A DNA stretch of 64,000 nucleotides from Oscillospiraceae bacterium (GTDB lineage: Bacteria; Bacillota; Clostridia; Oscillospirales; CAG-272): assembly GCA_015065295.1 (NCBI GenBank), contig SVQN01000003.1, forward strand, positions 1,735 to 65,734, given 5' to 3'. The position numbers and the translations under genes are program-made. Below the pieces are notes generated by a model. That model was given only the letters and a program-made list of their open reading frames with translations. It had not been told where the DNA came from and made no database searches. Numbering within the stretch: position 1 is the stretch's first letter; every line of letters starts with the position of its first letter. This document shows positions 25,679 through 35,727 of this stretch, in pieces.

Positions 25679-27406
25679 TTACAGCGCGCCGAACTTGCAC
25701 ATCTGCTTGCAGAGGCCGCAGCCTACGCACATGGAGGCGTCGATCTTTGCCTTCTTGTCGGTGACGGAGATGCAGGGGCAGCCGATCTTCATGCACGCCT
25801 TGCAGCCGACGCACTTCGATTCGTCAACGACGAGCGCGGGCTGACGCTTCACGGACTTCAGGAGCGCGCACGGACGGCGGCAGATGATGACAGAAGCGCA
25901 CTTTGCGGCGGTTTCTTCCTTGAGGATGGCTTCGAGAGCCGGGAGGTCGTTCGGGTCAACCGCGCGGATGTGGTCGCGGGATACGCCGAGGGACGCGCAG
26001 ATGTCTTCCAGACAGAGATTCGGGGTCGGTTCGCCCTTCAGGGTCTTGCCGGTCAGCGGGTTTTCCTGGTGACCGGTCATGCCCGTGATGCTGTTGTCGA
26101 GGATGAGCGTGGTCGTGTTGCCGCCGTTGTATACGACGTTTACGAGACCCGTCAGACCGCTGTGCATGAAGGTGGAGTCGCCGATGACGGAAACGTACTT
26201 GTCTTCTTCGCCGCGTACCTTGACGGTGCCGTGGAGGGACGAGATGGACGCACCCATGCAGTATACGGTATCAATGGCGTTCAGCGGAGCAACGGCTCCG
26301 AGGGTGTAGCAGCCGATGTCGCCGGAAACGCGCAGCTTCAGCTTGGACAGCGTGTAGAATACGCCGCGGTGAGGACAACCGGGGCAGAGTACCGGCGGAC
26401 GCATCGGGATCGGATCGCCGATTTCACAGTAGTCCGGTTCGATGCCGAGCAGCTTTTCCTTCAGCAGTTCTTCGGAATATTCGCCGCAGAGCGGGAGGCC
26501 TTCCTTCTTGCCGATCACGTTCAGACCGAGCGCACGGCAGTGATTTTCGATCACCGGATCAAGTTCTTCGATGACGATAACGGTTTCGTAGTTTGCCGCA
26601 AAGTCGAGGAGGAGCTGCTTCGGAAGGGGATTCAGCAGACCGAGCTTGAGGTAGGACGCATTCTTACCGAAGGTTTCCTTCGCGTAGTTCCAGCAGTTGC
26701 CGGCGGTGATGATGCCGACGGTGGTGCCTTCGTTCGCTTCCACGGTGTTCAGCGGGCAGGTTTCCGCATATTCCGCGAGAGCCGCGAGGTGTTCTTCCAC
26801 AACAACGTGACGCTTCTTCGCGTTTGCGGGCATCATAACGTGCTTTGCGGGGTTCTTTTCGTAGGGCTTGACTTCGTATTCGGTGCGGTCGCAGAGTTCC
26901 ACCGGGGAACGGCTGTGGCTCACACGGGTCGTCAGGCGGAGGAGAACAGCGGTGTCAAACTGTTCGGAGAGGTCGTAAGCGATCTTGGTGTATTCCTTGC
27001 ATTCCGCAGAGGATGCGGGTTCCACCATCGGCAGTTTTGCCGCGATCGCGTAGTGACGGCTGTCCTGTTCGTTCTGGGACGAGTGCATACCCGGGTCGTC
27101 GGCAACGCCGATTACGAGACCGCCGGATACACCGGTCTGCGCCATGACAAACAGCGGGTCAGCGGCAACGTTCAGACCGACGTGCTTCATTGCACAGAAG
27201 GAACGTCCGCCGCCGATGGATGCGCCGAGAGCAGCTTCCGCCGCAACTTTTTCATTCGGAGCCCATTCTGCGTAGATTTCGTCGTATTCTGCCGCGAATT
27301 CGGTGATTTCAGTGCTGGGCGTTCCGGGATAGCTTGAAACGAAACGTACGCCGGCTTCGTAAAGACCGCGCGCAACGGCTTCGTTTCCGAGGAGTAACTT
27401 TTTCAT
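25679..27406 (-). CDS. iorA: Indolepyruvate:ferredoxin oxidoreductase, alpha subunit
   Basis: 575 aa from 'MKKLLLGNEAVARGLYEAGV'. The TPP motif is 'GDSTFMHSG' and the C-terminal 2x[4Fe-4S] is 'CVGCKACMKIGCP...CVGCGLCKQMC'. Confidence 0.9.
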   Translation of the reverse strand: MKKLLLGNEAVARGLYEAGVRFVSSYPGTPSTEITEFAAEYDEIYAEWAPNEKVAAEAALGASIGGGRSFCAMKHVGLNVAADPLFVMAQTGVSGGLVIGVADDPGMHSSQNEQDSRHYAIAAKLPMVEPASSAECKEYTKIAYDLSEQFDTAVLLRLTTRVSHSRSPVELCDRTEYEVKPYEKNPAKHVMMPANAKKRHVVVEEHLAALAEYAETCPLNTVEANEGTTVGIITAGNCWNYAKETFGKNASYLKLGLLNPLPKQLLLDFAANYETVIVIEELDPVIENHCRALGLNVIGKKEGLPLCGEYSEELLKEKLLGIEPDYCEIGDPIPMRPPVLCPGCPHRGVFYTLSKLKLRVSGDIGCYTLGAVAPLNAIDTVYCMGASISSLHGTVKVRGEEDKYVSVIGDSTFMHSGLTGLVNVVYNGGNTTTLILDNSITGMTGHQENPLTGKTLKGEPTPNLCLEDICASLGVSRDHIRAVDPNDLPALEAILKEETAAKCASVIICRRPCALLKSVKRQPALVVDESKCVGCKACMKIGCPCISVTDKKAKIDASMCVGCGLCKQMCKFGAL

Positions 27407-27420
27407 TTTTTGGGGTATAT

Positions 27421-27486
27421 GCGAGGGAAACTGAGATTCGTTCCACGAACTCAGTTTCCCTCGCGCTCCTTTCAAAACCTTTTTAG
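27421..27486 (+). repeat. H1 variant (different stem, conserved tail) in the iorA 5' UTR
   Basis: GCGAGGGAAACTGAG-N13-CTCAGTTTCCCTCGC followed by GCTCCTTTCAAAACCTTTTTAG. Confidence 0.75.
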
Positions 27487-27547
27487 GCTGATATAAGAAT
27501 AAAATCTGCTTGTGTTTGATGTTTCGGATTCTATTGCTTTACCCTAT

Positions 27548-27577
27548 ATTATACTATAAATTAGTGTACGCCGTCAA
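27548..27577 (-). promoter_or_regulatory. Putative sigma-A promoter of iorAB
   Basis: On the minus strand: TTGACG-18 nt-TATAAT, ~140 nt upstream of the iorA ATG. Confidence 0.45.
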
Positions 27578-27603
27578 TAGAGCGGCGGGGATTTTGCAGA
27601 AAT

Positions 27604-29499
27604 TTACAGAATCGCGCGGAAACGTGCGGCGAGGGATTCGCGGTCGAGTCCGGCGATTTTTTTGATGTGATCCAGCGATCCGTGCGGGATCAGCGGGTTG
27701 TCCACGGCGAAAATGTGCGTTTTTACGGGAAGAATTGCCGCGGCCGCTTCGCCGATGCCGCCGGAAGTCACGCCTTCCTCGACAACAACGGCAGCCGTAC
27801 AGGGCACGGAATCCGCTATTTTTTTCAGTTCATCCGCCGGAAGGGGAAGAATACGGTCGAGGACGACCAGTTCGGCGGGGATGTTTTCGTCTGCGAGAAC
27901 GGCGGCGACATCATGGGAAATGCGGCCGTAGGTCACGACGAGAATTTTGGGAGATGCGCCGAAGGAGGCACGTTTGTAAATGCCGTTTTCCTCCGTGAAG
28001 CGGACATTTCCCCATTCCTGCACGGTATCCTTCGGATAGCGGATGACGCACAGACCGTCTCCCGAAAGCGCGCGGTCGAAATCCCGGCGGAGGTCGTCGG
28101 CAGCGGCGGGGGAATATACGGTGATCTCCGGAATCGAGCGGAACAGAGACACGTCGTACAGCCCCTGATGGGTCACACCGTCGCCGGGAACGAGTCCGCA
28201 GTGGCTCAGGACGAGCACGGTATGGACGTTCTGGAGACGGATATCGTGCCAGAGCTGGTCGAATACGCGCTGTGCGAACGTGGAATACAGGACGAGAACG
28301 GGCGTCATCCCGGCGATCGCCAGACCTCCGGCGAGTGCGGCGGCGTGTTCTTCGGCAATTCCGACATCAAAGAAGCGGTCGGGAAAACGGCGTGAGAATT
28401 CCGCAAGTCCGCACCCCTCCGTCATGGCGGCGGTGATGGCGCAGATACGGCTGTCCTGTCCGGCGAGGGAGCAGAGGTTTTCCGAGAAAACGGACGTGAA
28501 CGTCGTGCCGGAGGAGGATTTTTTCGGCTGTCCGGTTGCAAGGTCGAACGGCGCGGCACTGTGGAAGCGTTCGGGATGCTCCATGGCGGGCGGATAACCC
28601 ATGCCCTTTTTCGTCTTTATATGGACGATGACCGGTCCCGGCTTGGATTTTGCTTCCTCAAGAACGTGCAGCATCCGCCGGTAATCGTTGCCGTCCGCCG
28701 GGCCGATGTACTCCAGTCCGAGGTTTTCGAAGAACGTTTCGGAGTTGGTGACACGCTTGAGAAAATCGCGGACAGCGCGTGCGGCGCGGACAAAGCCGTT
28801 TCCGACGAGGGGAAGGGCAGAAAATAGCCGTTTGAGGATGAGCTTGAAGGTGAAATAGCTTTCGCTGGTGCGGATGTAGGCGAGATATTTCGACAATCCG
28901 CCGACATTTCTGGAGATGGACATCTCGTTGTCGTTCAGCAGAATGATGAGGTTCAGCGGATGTCCCGCGAGGGAGTTGAGTGCTTCATAAATCATCCCGT
29001 TGGTGAACGAACCGTCTCCGACAACGGCAACCGTCCACGGAGCGTCCTTTCCAACGCCGTAGTTCAGGCGGTTTGCCTCGGCAATGCCCATGGCGGCAGA
29101 GATCGACGAACCGCTGTGTCCGCAGGTCATGGCATCATACGGACTTTCCGAACGGTTGGTAAAGCCGGATAACCCGTTATTCTGACGGATGGTGCGGAAC
29201 CGGTCGTAACGTCCGGTCAGGAGCTTGTGCGTGTAGCACTGGTGTCCTACGTCGAAAACGATGGTGTCGGTGCGTTCTTCCGCCGTACAGGAAAATGTCC
29301 GGTGCAGAGCCAGCGTTGCCTCGACCATGCCGAGATTGGACGCAAGGTGCCCGCCGTTTTCGGACAGCGTTCCGATGATTTCCTGCCGGATCTCGTCCGC
29401 GAGTGCAGGAATATCGCGGTCGGGGACAGCTTTCAGATCGGCGGGGGAGTTGATTTTCGGGAGAAATCGGATGTTCGGGAGAAATTGATCCTGTTTCAT
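27604..29499 (-). CDS. dxs: 1-deoxy-D-xylulose-5-phosphate synthase
   Basis: 631 aa from the ATG at 29499 (the ORF track begins at a TTG at 29508). Motifs are 'GGHLASNLGMVEATLALH', 'VVGDGSFTNGMIYEALN' and 'IAEEHAAALAGGLA'. Confidence 0.92.
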   Translation of the reverse strand: MKQDQFLPNIRFLPKINSPADLKAVPDRDIPALADEIRQEIIGTLSENGGHLASNLGMVEATLALHRTFSCTAEERTDTIVFDVGHQCYTHKLLTGRYDRFRTIRQNNGLSGFTNRSESPYDAMTCGHSGSSISAAMGIAEANRLNYGVGKDAPWTVAVVGDGSFTNGMIYEALNSLAGHPLNLIILLNDNEMSISRNVGGLSKYLAYIRTSESYFTFKLILKRLFSALPLVGNGFVRAARAVRDFLKRVTNSETFFENLGLEYIGPADGNDYRRMLHVLEEAKSKPGPVIVHIKTKKGMGYPPAMEHPERFHSAAPFDLATGQPKKSSSGTTFTSVFSENLCSLAGQDSRICAITAAMTEGCGLAEFSRRFPDRFFDVGIAEEHAAALAGGLAIAGMTPVLVLYSTFAQRVFDQLWHDIRLQNVHTVLVLSHCGLVPGDGVTHQGLYDVSLFRSIPEITVYSPAAADDLRRDFDRALSGDGLCVIRYPKDTVQEWGNVRFTEENGIYKRASFGASPKILVVTYGRISHDVAAVLADENIPAELVVLDRILPLPADELKKIADSVPCTAAVVVEEGVTSGGIGEAAAAILPVKTHIFAVDNPLIPHGSLDHIKKIAGLDRESLAARFRAIL

Positions 29500-29510
29500 A
29501 GCAATCAAGA

Positions 29511-30848
29511 TTATTCCACCATGGCGTCCTTCGCCAGTGTGGTGAATTTTGTATATCGTCCGATCCAGCCGAGCTTGACTTTTTCGAGGGAACCGTGACG
29601 GTTTTTCGCCACGATGACTTCGGCGACGCTCTGTTCGACGGTTTCTTCTTTATAATACTCGTCGCGGTACAGGAACAAAACGATGTCCGCGTCCTGTTCG
29701 ATCGCACCGGAGTCACGGAGGTCGGACAGCATCGGGCGTTTGTCGGGACGGTTTTCGGGGCCACGGGAAAGCTGAGCGCAGCAGATGACGGGAACGTTCA
29801 GTTCCTTCGCAAGAAGTTTCAGACCGCGGGAGATATCCGCGACTTCCTGAACGCGGTTGTCGCTGTGCCGGTCGCCCTGCATGAGCTGTAGGTAGTCGAT
29901 GACGACCAGACCGAGGTCTTTCACGCGGCGGAGCTTGGACTTCATCGCGGTGACAGTCACGCCGGGAGTATCGTCGATGTAAATTTCGGCTTCCGACAGC
30001 TTGCTGGAAGCGTAGGCAATGGCTTTCCAGTCCTCGTTTTCGAGTTTGCCGGAGCGCATTTTATAGCTGTCGATCTGCGCTTCGCTGGACAGCATACGGT
30101 TGGCAAGCTGTTCGGCGGACATTTCGAGAGAGAAGACGCAGACGGCTTTCTGAGTCTTGAGCGCGGCGGCAACGGCGATGTTCATCGCAAAACTGGTTTT
30201 CCCCATCCCGGGACGTGCACCGATGAGGACAAGGTCACTGTTGCCCATACCGACGATGACGTTGTCAAGGTCATCGTAACCGGTCGGGGTACCGCGGAGT
30301 TCGTCGGGATTTTCAGCGAGTTTGGTCAGGCGTTCGTACACCTGAAGAAGCGCGTCGCGGATATGGACGAAATTCTTGTTTTCGCGTCCTTCGGCAATGC
30401 GGAAGATTTTGGATTCCGCGTATTCGACGAGGTTTTCGGCTTCGTCATCACCGGCGTAGGCGGCTTCGGAGATGTCTTCGCTCGCGCCGATGAGCTGGCG
30501 GAGGATGGCCTTATCGCGGACAATTCGTGCGTAGTCCCGTGCATTGACGGCGGCGGGGACAGCTTCGGCGATGAGTTTGAGGTACTCACGGCCGCCGGCC
30601 TCGTCATAGGTTCCGCTCTGGACGAGCTCTTCGATAAGGGTGACAACGTCGATGTTTTTGCTTTTGAGGTACATCGACTGCATTGCGGAATAGATTTCGC
30701 TGTGCTCGGGCATACAGAAGTCCTCGGCGGACAGGAGAGGAGCGATGTCGTCGAGGCAATTGGGGTTGATGAGGATGGAGCCGAGGAGTGACTGCTCGGC
30801 TTCGAGGGAAAACGGCATTCGCCGTTCGGAGAGGATATCGTTGTTCAT
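29511..30848 (-). CDS. dnaB: Replicative DNA helicase
   Basis: 445 aa. 'PFSLEAEQSLLGSIL', Walker A 'GARPGMGKTSFAMNIA', and 'LRDSGAIEQDADIV'. Confidence 0.95.
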   Translation of the reverse strand: MNNDILSERRMPFSLEAEQSLLGSILINPNCLDDIAPLLSAEDFCMPEHSEIYSAMQSMYLKSKNIDVVTLIEELVQSGTYDEAGGREYLKLIAEAVPAAVNARDYARIVRDKAILRQLIGASEDISEAAYAGDDEAENLVEYAESKIFRIAEGRENKNFVHIRDALLQVYERLTKLAENPDELRGTPTGYDDLDNVIVGMGNSDLVLIGARPGMGKTSFAMNIAVAAALKTQKAVCVFSLEMSAEQLANRMLSSEAQIDSYKMRSGKLENEDWKAIAYASSKLSEAEIYIDDTPGVTVTAMKSKLRRVKDLGLVVIDYLQLMQGDRHSDNRVQEVADISRGLKLLAKELNVPVICCAQLSRGPENRPDKRPMLSDLRDSGAIEQDADIVLFLYRDEYYKEETVEQSVAEVIVAKNRHGSLEKVKLGWIGRYTKFTTLAKDAMVE

Positions 30849-30865
30849 GGAATACCTCAGGTGGG

Positions 30866-31225
30866 TTCAAACTGTTCGTTTGAATTGATTAGGAAGAAAA
30901 ATGACCGTTCCGGTCATTTTTCAATTTTATGTCCCTACGCGGGACGGCGCACAAAGGGGCTCAGTCGCCGCCCCTTTGTGAATTCCCGGCTTGGCGTTCG
31001 GGGGACTCGCCCTTAAGGGCTCGGACAGACAGCGGTTTGCCCGCATTCAGACTTTTAGGAAGAAACGAGGTTTGGGTGCAAATCTGTCCAAATCGTACGT
31101 TCAGTAGAAACAGCCGTGGAGTGTTCTTCAAATTTGCACTTGCTTTGTCTGTCTTTTTCAGATGGAAGCTTTTTGAAAGGGGTTCGGGGAAAACTTTTTC
31201 TCGAAAAAGTTTTCCCCGAGGACTT
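30866..31225. repeat. F2 partial foldback plus H1 hairpin, filling the rplI-dnaB spacer
   Basis: CAAACTGTTCGTTTG, the terminal hairpin GAAAAATGACCGTTCCGGTCATTTTTC, and ATGTCCCTACGCGGGACGGCGCACAAAGGGGC...GGACAGACAGCGGTTTGC...GCACTTGCTTTGTCTGTC, followed by H1 at 31165-31220. Confidence 0.9.
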
Positions 31226-31232
31226 CATTTAT

Positions 31233-31679
31233 TCAGTTCGCTGCGACGACGACGTTGATCTTGCCGGAGATTTCGGGGTAGAGCTTGACGTCGACGGAGT
31301 ATGTACCGTAGGCTTTGATCGGGGAGTCGAGGACGATTTTGCGGCGGTCGATTTCGATCTTATGCTGTGCGGCGAGGGCTTCGCCGATGTCCTTGGTGGT
31401 GACGGAGCCGTAGAACTTGCCGTCCGCGCCCTGCTGGATCTTCAGCTTGACGACGATCGACTGGAGCTTTTCGGCGGTTTCGCGTGCGGCTTTCTTTTCC
31501 TGCTCGATCTTGTATTCGCGTGCGGCTTCCTTGTTCTTGATATCGTTCATGACCTTCGCGTCGGCGATGGCGGCGAGCTTCTTCGGGAAGAGGAAGTTGC
31601 GTGCATATCCGTCGGATACTTCGACGATCTGGTCCTTTTTGCCCTGTCCTTTGACATCCTGTAACAGTACGACTTTCAT
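31233..31679 (-). CDS. rplI: 50S ribosomal protein L9
   Basis: 148 aa; '[36 protein letters not shown]'. Confidence 0.95.
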   Translation of the reverse strand: MKVVLLQDVKGQGKKDQIVEVSDGYARNFLFPKKLAAIADAKVMNDIKNKEAAREYKIEQEKKAARETAEKLQSIVVKLKIQQGADGKFYGSVTTKDIGEALAAQHKIEIDRRKIVLDSPIKAYGTYSVDVKLYPEISGKINVVVAAN

Positions 31680-31728
31680 TGTGGTGATACCTCCAAAATT
31701 GGTTGATTTGTTTGTTTACGGCATCCCG

Positions 31729-33753
31729 TTATTTGAGATGCTTGTCAATCGCGGCTTTCAATGCGGTGAGCATTTCCGCCGAGGATTTGTCTTTGATCTG
31801 TGCGCCGGCAGCCGCAAAGTGACCGCCGCCGCCGAGTTCTTCCACGATCAGCTGGACGTTGATCGCTCCCGAAGAACGTGCGGAGAGATGCAGGGTATCG
31901 CCGATCCGCACAACGGCGAAGGAAGCCCGGATTCCGTTGACCATCAGCAGGTTGTCTGCGGCCTTCGACGCGATGATGCGGTCGGCAGCCGAGGATTCGT
32001 CATCCTCGACCACGGTGATGGCGACTTTTTCACGGTAAATTTCCACGTTGGAGCGGAAACGTGCCTCGCGCATATAATCGCTGTAGCTTTCGCGGAACAG
32101 GCTCTGTACCACGGTCGGGTCAGCCCCGCGGTCACGCAGGTACATTGCCGCCGAGAAGGTACGCGTACCGGTGTCTTTGGCGAAATGCTTGGTATCGAGC
32201 GTGATCCCGGCGAGCATGAGCGTAGCTTCGGCGGCACTCAGTTCGTCGTTCGGGAGAACCTGCTCGAGCATTTCCGCGACGATTTCGCACGTTGCGGATG
32301 CGGACGGTTCGATGTATTCCACATCCGGCGCGCGATCGAATTCCGCGGTCTTGCGGTGGTGGTCGATGACGGCAAGGAGTTCCGTCCGGTAGGCAAGCTC
32401 CGGAAGCTCCGCGATTTTCAGGTTATTCACATCCGCGACGACGACGAGGGTTCCCGTTTCGAGAAGATCCAGCGCGTCGGCGGTATCGACGAAGATGCTG
32501 CGGTATTCGCTGGCGGATTCGAGCAGATTCCGGCAGTCGATGAGGTTGCGGTCGGCCATATTGATGACGATATTGACCGGCGCGCCGCAGTAGAGAGCGA
32601 TCTGTGCCAGACCGACGCAGGCACCGAAGGCATCAAAGTCGGCGAATTTATGACCCATGATGAGGACATTGGACGCCTTTTTCATGGCGGACATGAGTTC
32701 GTTGGAAATCACGCGGGAGCGGACGTTGGTACGCTTCTGGACGGTCTTGGTGATGCCGCCGTAGAAGTCGATGCCGGTATCGCCCTTGACCGCCGCCTGG
32801 TCCCCGCCTCGCTGGAGAGCCATATCGAGGGCGGCGTGCGCGGTACGTTCTTTTTCCTCGTAGGAGCCGTGGATATTGGATACGCCCATCGAAATGGTGA
32901 GGGGAAGGTTGGTATCCCCCACACGGACGGCGCGGACACGGTCGAGAATATCGAATTTCTGGACGATCAGCTCATCGAGAACGCGGGCTTCGGTGATGAA
33001 AATATACTTATCGCGCTCGTATTCCTTGAGGATGCCGCCGTACTCGTCCGCCCAGTCGCGGAGGACTTCGTCGATCTGCGAGGAAGCGGGGCGGTAGATT
33101 TCGCTGTCGTACTGGAGCATTTCGCCGAGGTTGTCGATGATGATGTATGCAACGATCAGTTCGTCGCCTGCCATTTTTTCGGTGAGTGCATCGAGTTCGG
33201 TGGTTTCGGTGGTCATGACGAGAGAATAATCGTCGTTATCGGTTTTTATGTGGTTGAATTTTGCGCGGAACGAGCGGCCGTCGCAGGTCAGACGTGCGCC
33301 TTCATCGCTGCGGTTGGAGCGGATTTCGGCGAGCGTAACGCCGAACAGCTCGGAAACGGACTCGCCGTAGAGCTTGTTCCGGTCGGAATGGAGTTCCTCG
33401 GTGGTATTGTTGTACCAGATGATCCGTTCGGAGGAGTCGCAGAGGAAGACGGGAGTTGACATCTTGACGACGGCATCGAACATGATGCGTCCCATGACGG
33501 GGGCGAGAGCTTCGTCGAGGGTACCGGCCTTGCTTCGTTTTTCAAAGAAGTAATAGGAGAATACGGAAACGCTTCCGTGGAGAACGAGGCAGATAGCGGC
33601 GAGCAGGAGAACCTTCGGCGCGGTGACTTCTTGCAGGAGAAGCACACCGGCGGCGAACAGGAGGACGCAGACCATGCCGCTGATGGCGAACACCAGTGCG
33701 GTTTCCTTGCGGATCGCACGCAGGTCGTTCTTCTGTTTGGAATTCTTAGCCAT
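31729..33753 (-). CDS. gdpP: GdpP/YybT-type cyclic-di-AMP phosphodiesterase (TM, PAS-like, degenerate GGDEF, DHH/DHHA1)
   Basis: 674 aa. Two N-terminal TM helices, 'VIDHHRK' (DHH) and 'GGGGHFAAAGAQ' (DHHA1). It sits in the conserved position between the yybS-like gene and rplI. Confidence 0.85.
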   Translation of the reverse strand: MAKNSKQKNDLRAIRKETALVFAISGMVCVLLFAAGVLLLQEVTAPKVLLLAAICLVLHGSVSVFSYYFFEKRSKAGTLDEALAPVMGRIMFDAVVKMSTPVFLCDSSERIIWYNNTTEELHSDRNKLYGESVSELFGVTLAEIRSNRSDEGARLTCDGRSFRAKFNHIKTDNDDYSLVMTTETTELDALTEKMAGDELIVAYIIIDNLGEMLQYDSEIYRPASSQIDEVLRDWADEYGGILKEYERDKYIFITEARVLDELIVQKFDILDRVRAVRVGDTNLPLTISMGVSNIHGSYEEKERTAHAALDMALQRGGDQAAVKGDTGIDFYGGITKTVQKRTNVRSRVISNELMSAMKKASNVLIMGHKFADFDAFGACVGLAQIALYCGAPVNIVINMADRNLIDCRNLLESASEYRSIFVDTADALDLLETGTLVVVADVNNLKIAELPELAYRTELLAVIDHHRKTAEFDRAPDVEYIEPSASATCEIVAEMLEQVLPNDELSAAEATLMLAGITLDTKHFAKDTGTRTFSAAMYLRDRGADPTVVQSLFRESYSDYMREARFRSNVEIYREKVAITVVEDDESSAADRIIASKAADNLLMVNGIRASFAVVRIGDTLHLSARSSGAINVQLIVEELGGGGHFAAAGAQIKDKSSAEMLTALKAAIDKHLK

Positions 33754-33813
33754 AATAGATCCTTGAGTTTTTTTATATTTAAAATTGAGTTGTCATTTTC
33801 GGTTGGGGCCATT

Positions 33814-34842
33814 TTACTGCCATTCGCGGTTGGCACGATCGCGCTGTTTTCTGCGTTTTTTGAGAAAATCGGCGATCACGAAATACGCGCCGGCGACGGA
33901 GAGGATCATGGCGGCATTGACGATGCCGAGAGCAGCGAACGCCATGACCATCAGCAGGGCGGTGAGGGCACGTTTCCGGCTGGCGTAGTACATCCGTGCA
34001 CGGATTTTGCGGAGGGTGATGGAGATTCCGACCGCCGTACAGGGGAGCATCATGGCAATCATGACGCTGTTGAGGAGGGTATAGAGGAGCGGTGCCTGTT
34101 CGGGTGCAGTCATCATGGTGAGCAGGAACGCGGACGCATAGATGACGGCGAACGGTACGGGGAGGGTGATGCGGTGGGTGATGCCGATAAACAGGTCGGT
34201 ACAGGCGAGGAGGCGGAACATACTTTTTGCGAGGAGTTCGGTAAACCACGCGAACGCGGTTGCGAGAACGACGGTAAGGGCGGGGGTAAGCACGAGGATC
34301 CCGCGCGCGGCTTCGCGGACATAGGATTCCGTGGCGGGCATTCCGTAGGCATTTCCGAGCAGGGCGGACAGTCCGTCCATGCAGAGAGTGACAAACGCTT
34401 CATACGATTCCGCGCGGAACCCGGCAAACGCCACGGCTGTCAGGGCGAGGCATACCGCTGCGGCTGCCGTCAGCGACCCGATTCGTTTGAATTTCGGTTC
34501 CCGGGAAATCAGGGACACCGCGAACACATACGACATGAGCAGGGTAGACAGTGTGATCGTCACGGCGGCGAACAGCGACGAACCGGACAGGATCATGGCG
34601 GCGAAGGTCAGCGGCGTTGCACACAGGGAAGCGGCCTTCCGCCAGAGCAGGATGATGAGCGCATACAGGCAGGTGGCTACCGCGACAAACGGCAGTGCTG
34701 CCGCCGCACCGGGCAGATCCTCGGAGGCAAGCCGTCCGGCGGCCGACGCCAGCACAAGGGTACCCGCCGTCATGAGAACCACCAGCGGGATCGTCATCTC
34801 CGGCAGGTCGTCCCGTTTCCTCATTACGGAGAACATTCGCAT
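33814..34842 (-). CDS. YybS-like polytopic membrane protein (DUF2232)
   Basis: 342 aa from the ATG at 34842 (GGGAGG lies 7 nt upstream). It is highly hydrophobic and upstream of gdpP, as in Bacillus yybS-yybT-rplI-dnaC. Confidence 0.7.
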   Translation of the reverse strand: MRMFSVMRKRDDLPEMTIPLVVLMTAGTLVLASAAGRLASEDLPGAAAALPFVAVATCLYALIILLWRKAASLCATPLTFAAMILSGSSLFAAVTITLSTLLMSYVFAVSLISREPKFKRIGSLTAAAAVCLALTAVAFAGFRAESYEAFVTLCMDGLSALLGNAYGMPATESYVREAARGILVLTPALTVVLATAFAWFTELLAKSMFRLLACTDLFIGITHRITLPVPFAVIYASAFLLTMMTAPEQAPLLYTLLNSVMIAMMLPCTAVGISITLRKIRARMYYASRKRALTALLMVMAFAALGIVNAAMILSVAGAYFVIADFLKKRRKQRDRANREWQ

Positions 34843-34982
34843 TTCCGCACCTCCCTTGCTTTTCCATCGGCATACTTTTTCCATTTTAGTTTACTTCTTA
34901 TTATACCATATTTGCGGGAAGATATCTACGGGTACATGAAAAATTTACATCATGGGGGTGAGGTGGATTCTTGGGGAAACCT

Positions 34983-35640
34983 TTTTGAGGAAAAGGTTTC
35001 CCCAAACCCCTTCCAAAACCTTTTTAATCGGTTGTTGCCGGTTTGTTTGGCTGATATGATGGGGAGGGGGCTTTTTGAAATATACCGTGGAGTTCGGCTG
35101 AAATTTGTTAGACCTGTTGACATGGGGTTGGTTTGAATCTCTACGAAAATCGTTTTGGGGAAGTCAGGCTCCGCCAAGACCCTGACTTCCCACGCCATGT
35201 TGCGACTGCATGATATAGTACGCCACGATTGAATTCAGCTACGGTTTATTGGGTTTCCGCGCGTCTTGGCTCGCCCGCCGTCCGCGCTTTGCGTTCGTTT
35301 GGTCGGCTGACATACAGTCTTCTTTGAAAAGCACGAACGGCGTCAGCCAAGGAGTGCGGGGGATGACGGTATGTAGCTGAATTTTGACGTGACGCACTTC
35401 ATTAACGTATCCCTTCCGGCAACGGAAGTCAGGGTCTTGGCGGAGCCTGACTTCCCCGTTATAATTTTCGTAGAATTTCAAACCAACATCATGTCAGCGG
35501 ATGGGATCAACCAAATGGCTACGCACAGACCCATGAAAATCCCCCTCCAAACAAAAAATCTGCACATCCTATATTTGATAGCAGATGAAAAAGGTTTTGG
35601 AAGGGGTTTGGGGGAACCTTTTCCTCAAAAAGGTTCCCCC
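34983..35640. repeat. Foldback element family F3, copy C
   Basis: H1 tips lie at 34983-35036 and 35587-35640. It aligns with copy B over the full length. Confidence 0.9.
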
Positions 35641-35727
35641 AAGAAAAAGAAACCCGCACTCTCTTGATTTTCCCCGCCAACTATGATAAACTAATACCGA
35701 CAAAACATCCCACGAAAGGAAAAGAAC

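Noticed and set aside
25610-27337. A 575-aa ORF antisense to iorA. Comparable ORFs lie at 31417-33459 (antisense gdpP), 33577-35136 (antisense yybS-like), 35569-37311 (antisense GH35), 37792-39588, 43253-44503 and 59870-61258.
   Set aside because: These are high-GC antisense read-through frames with no motifs, and each overlaps a well-supported gene on the other strand.
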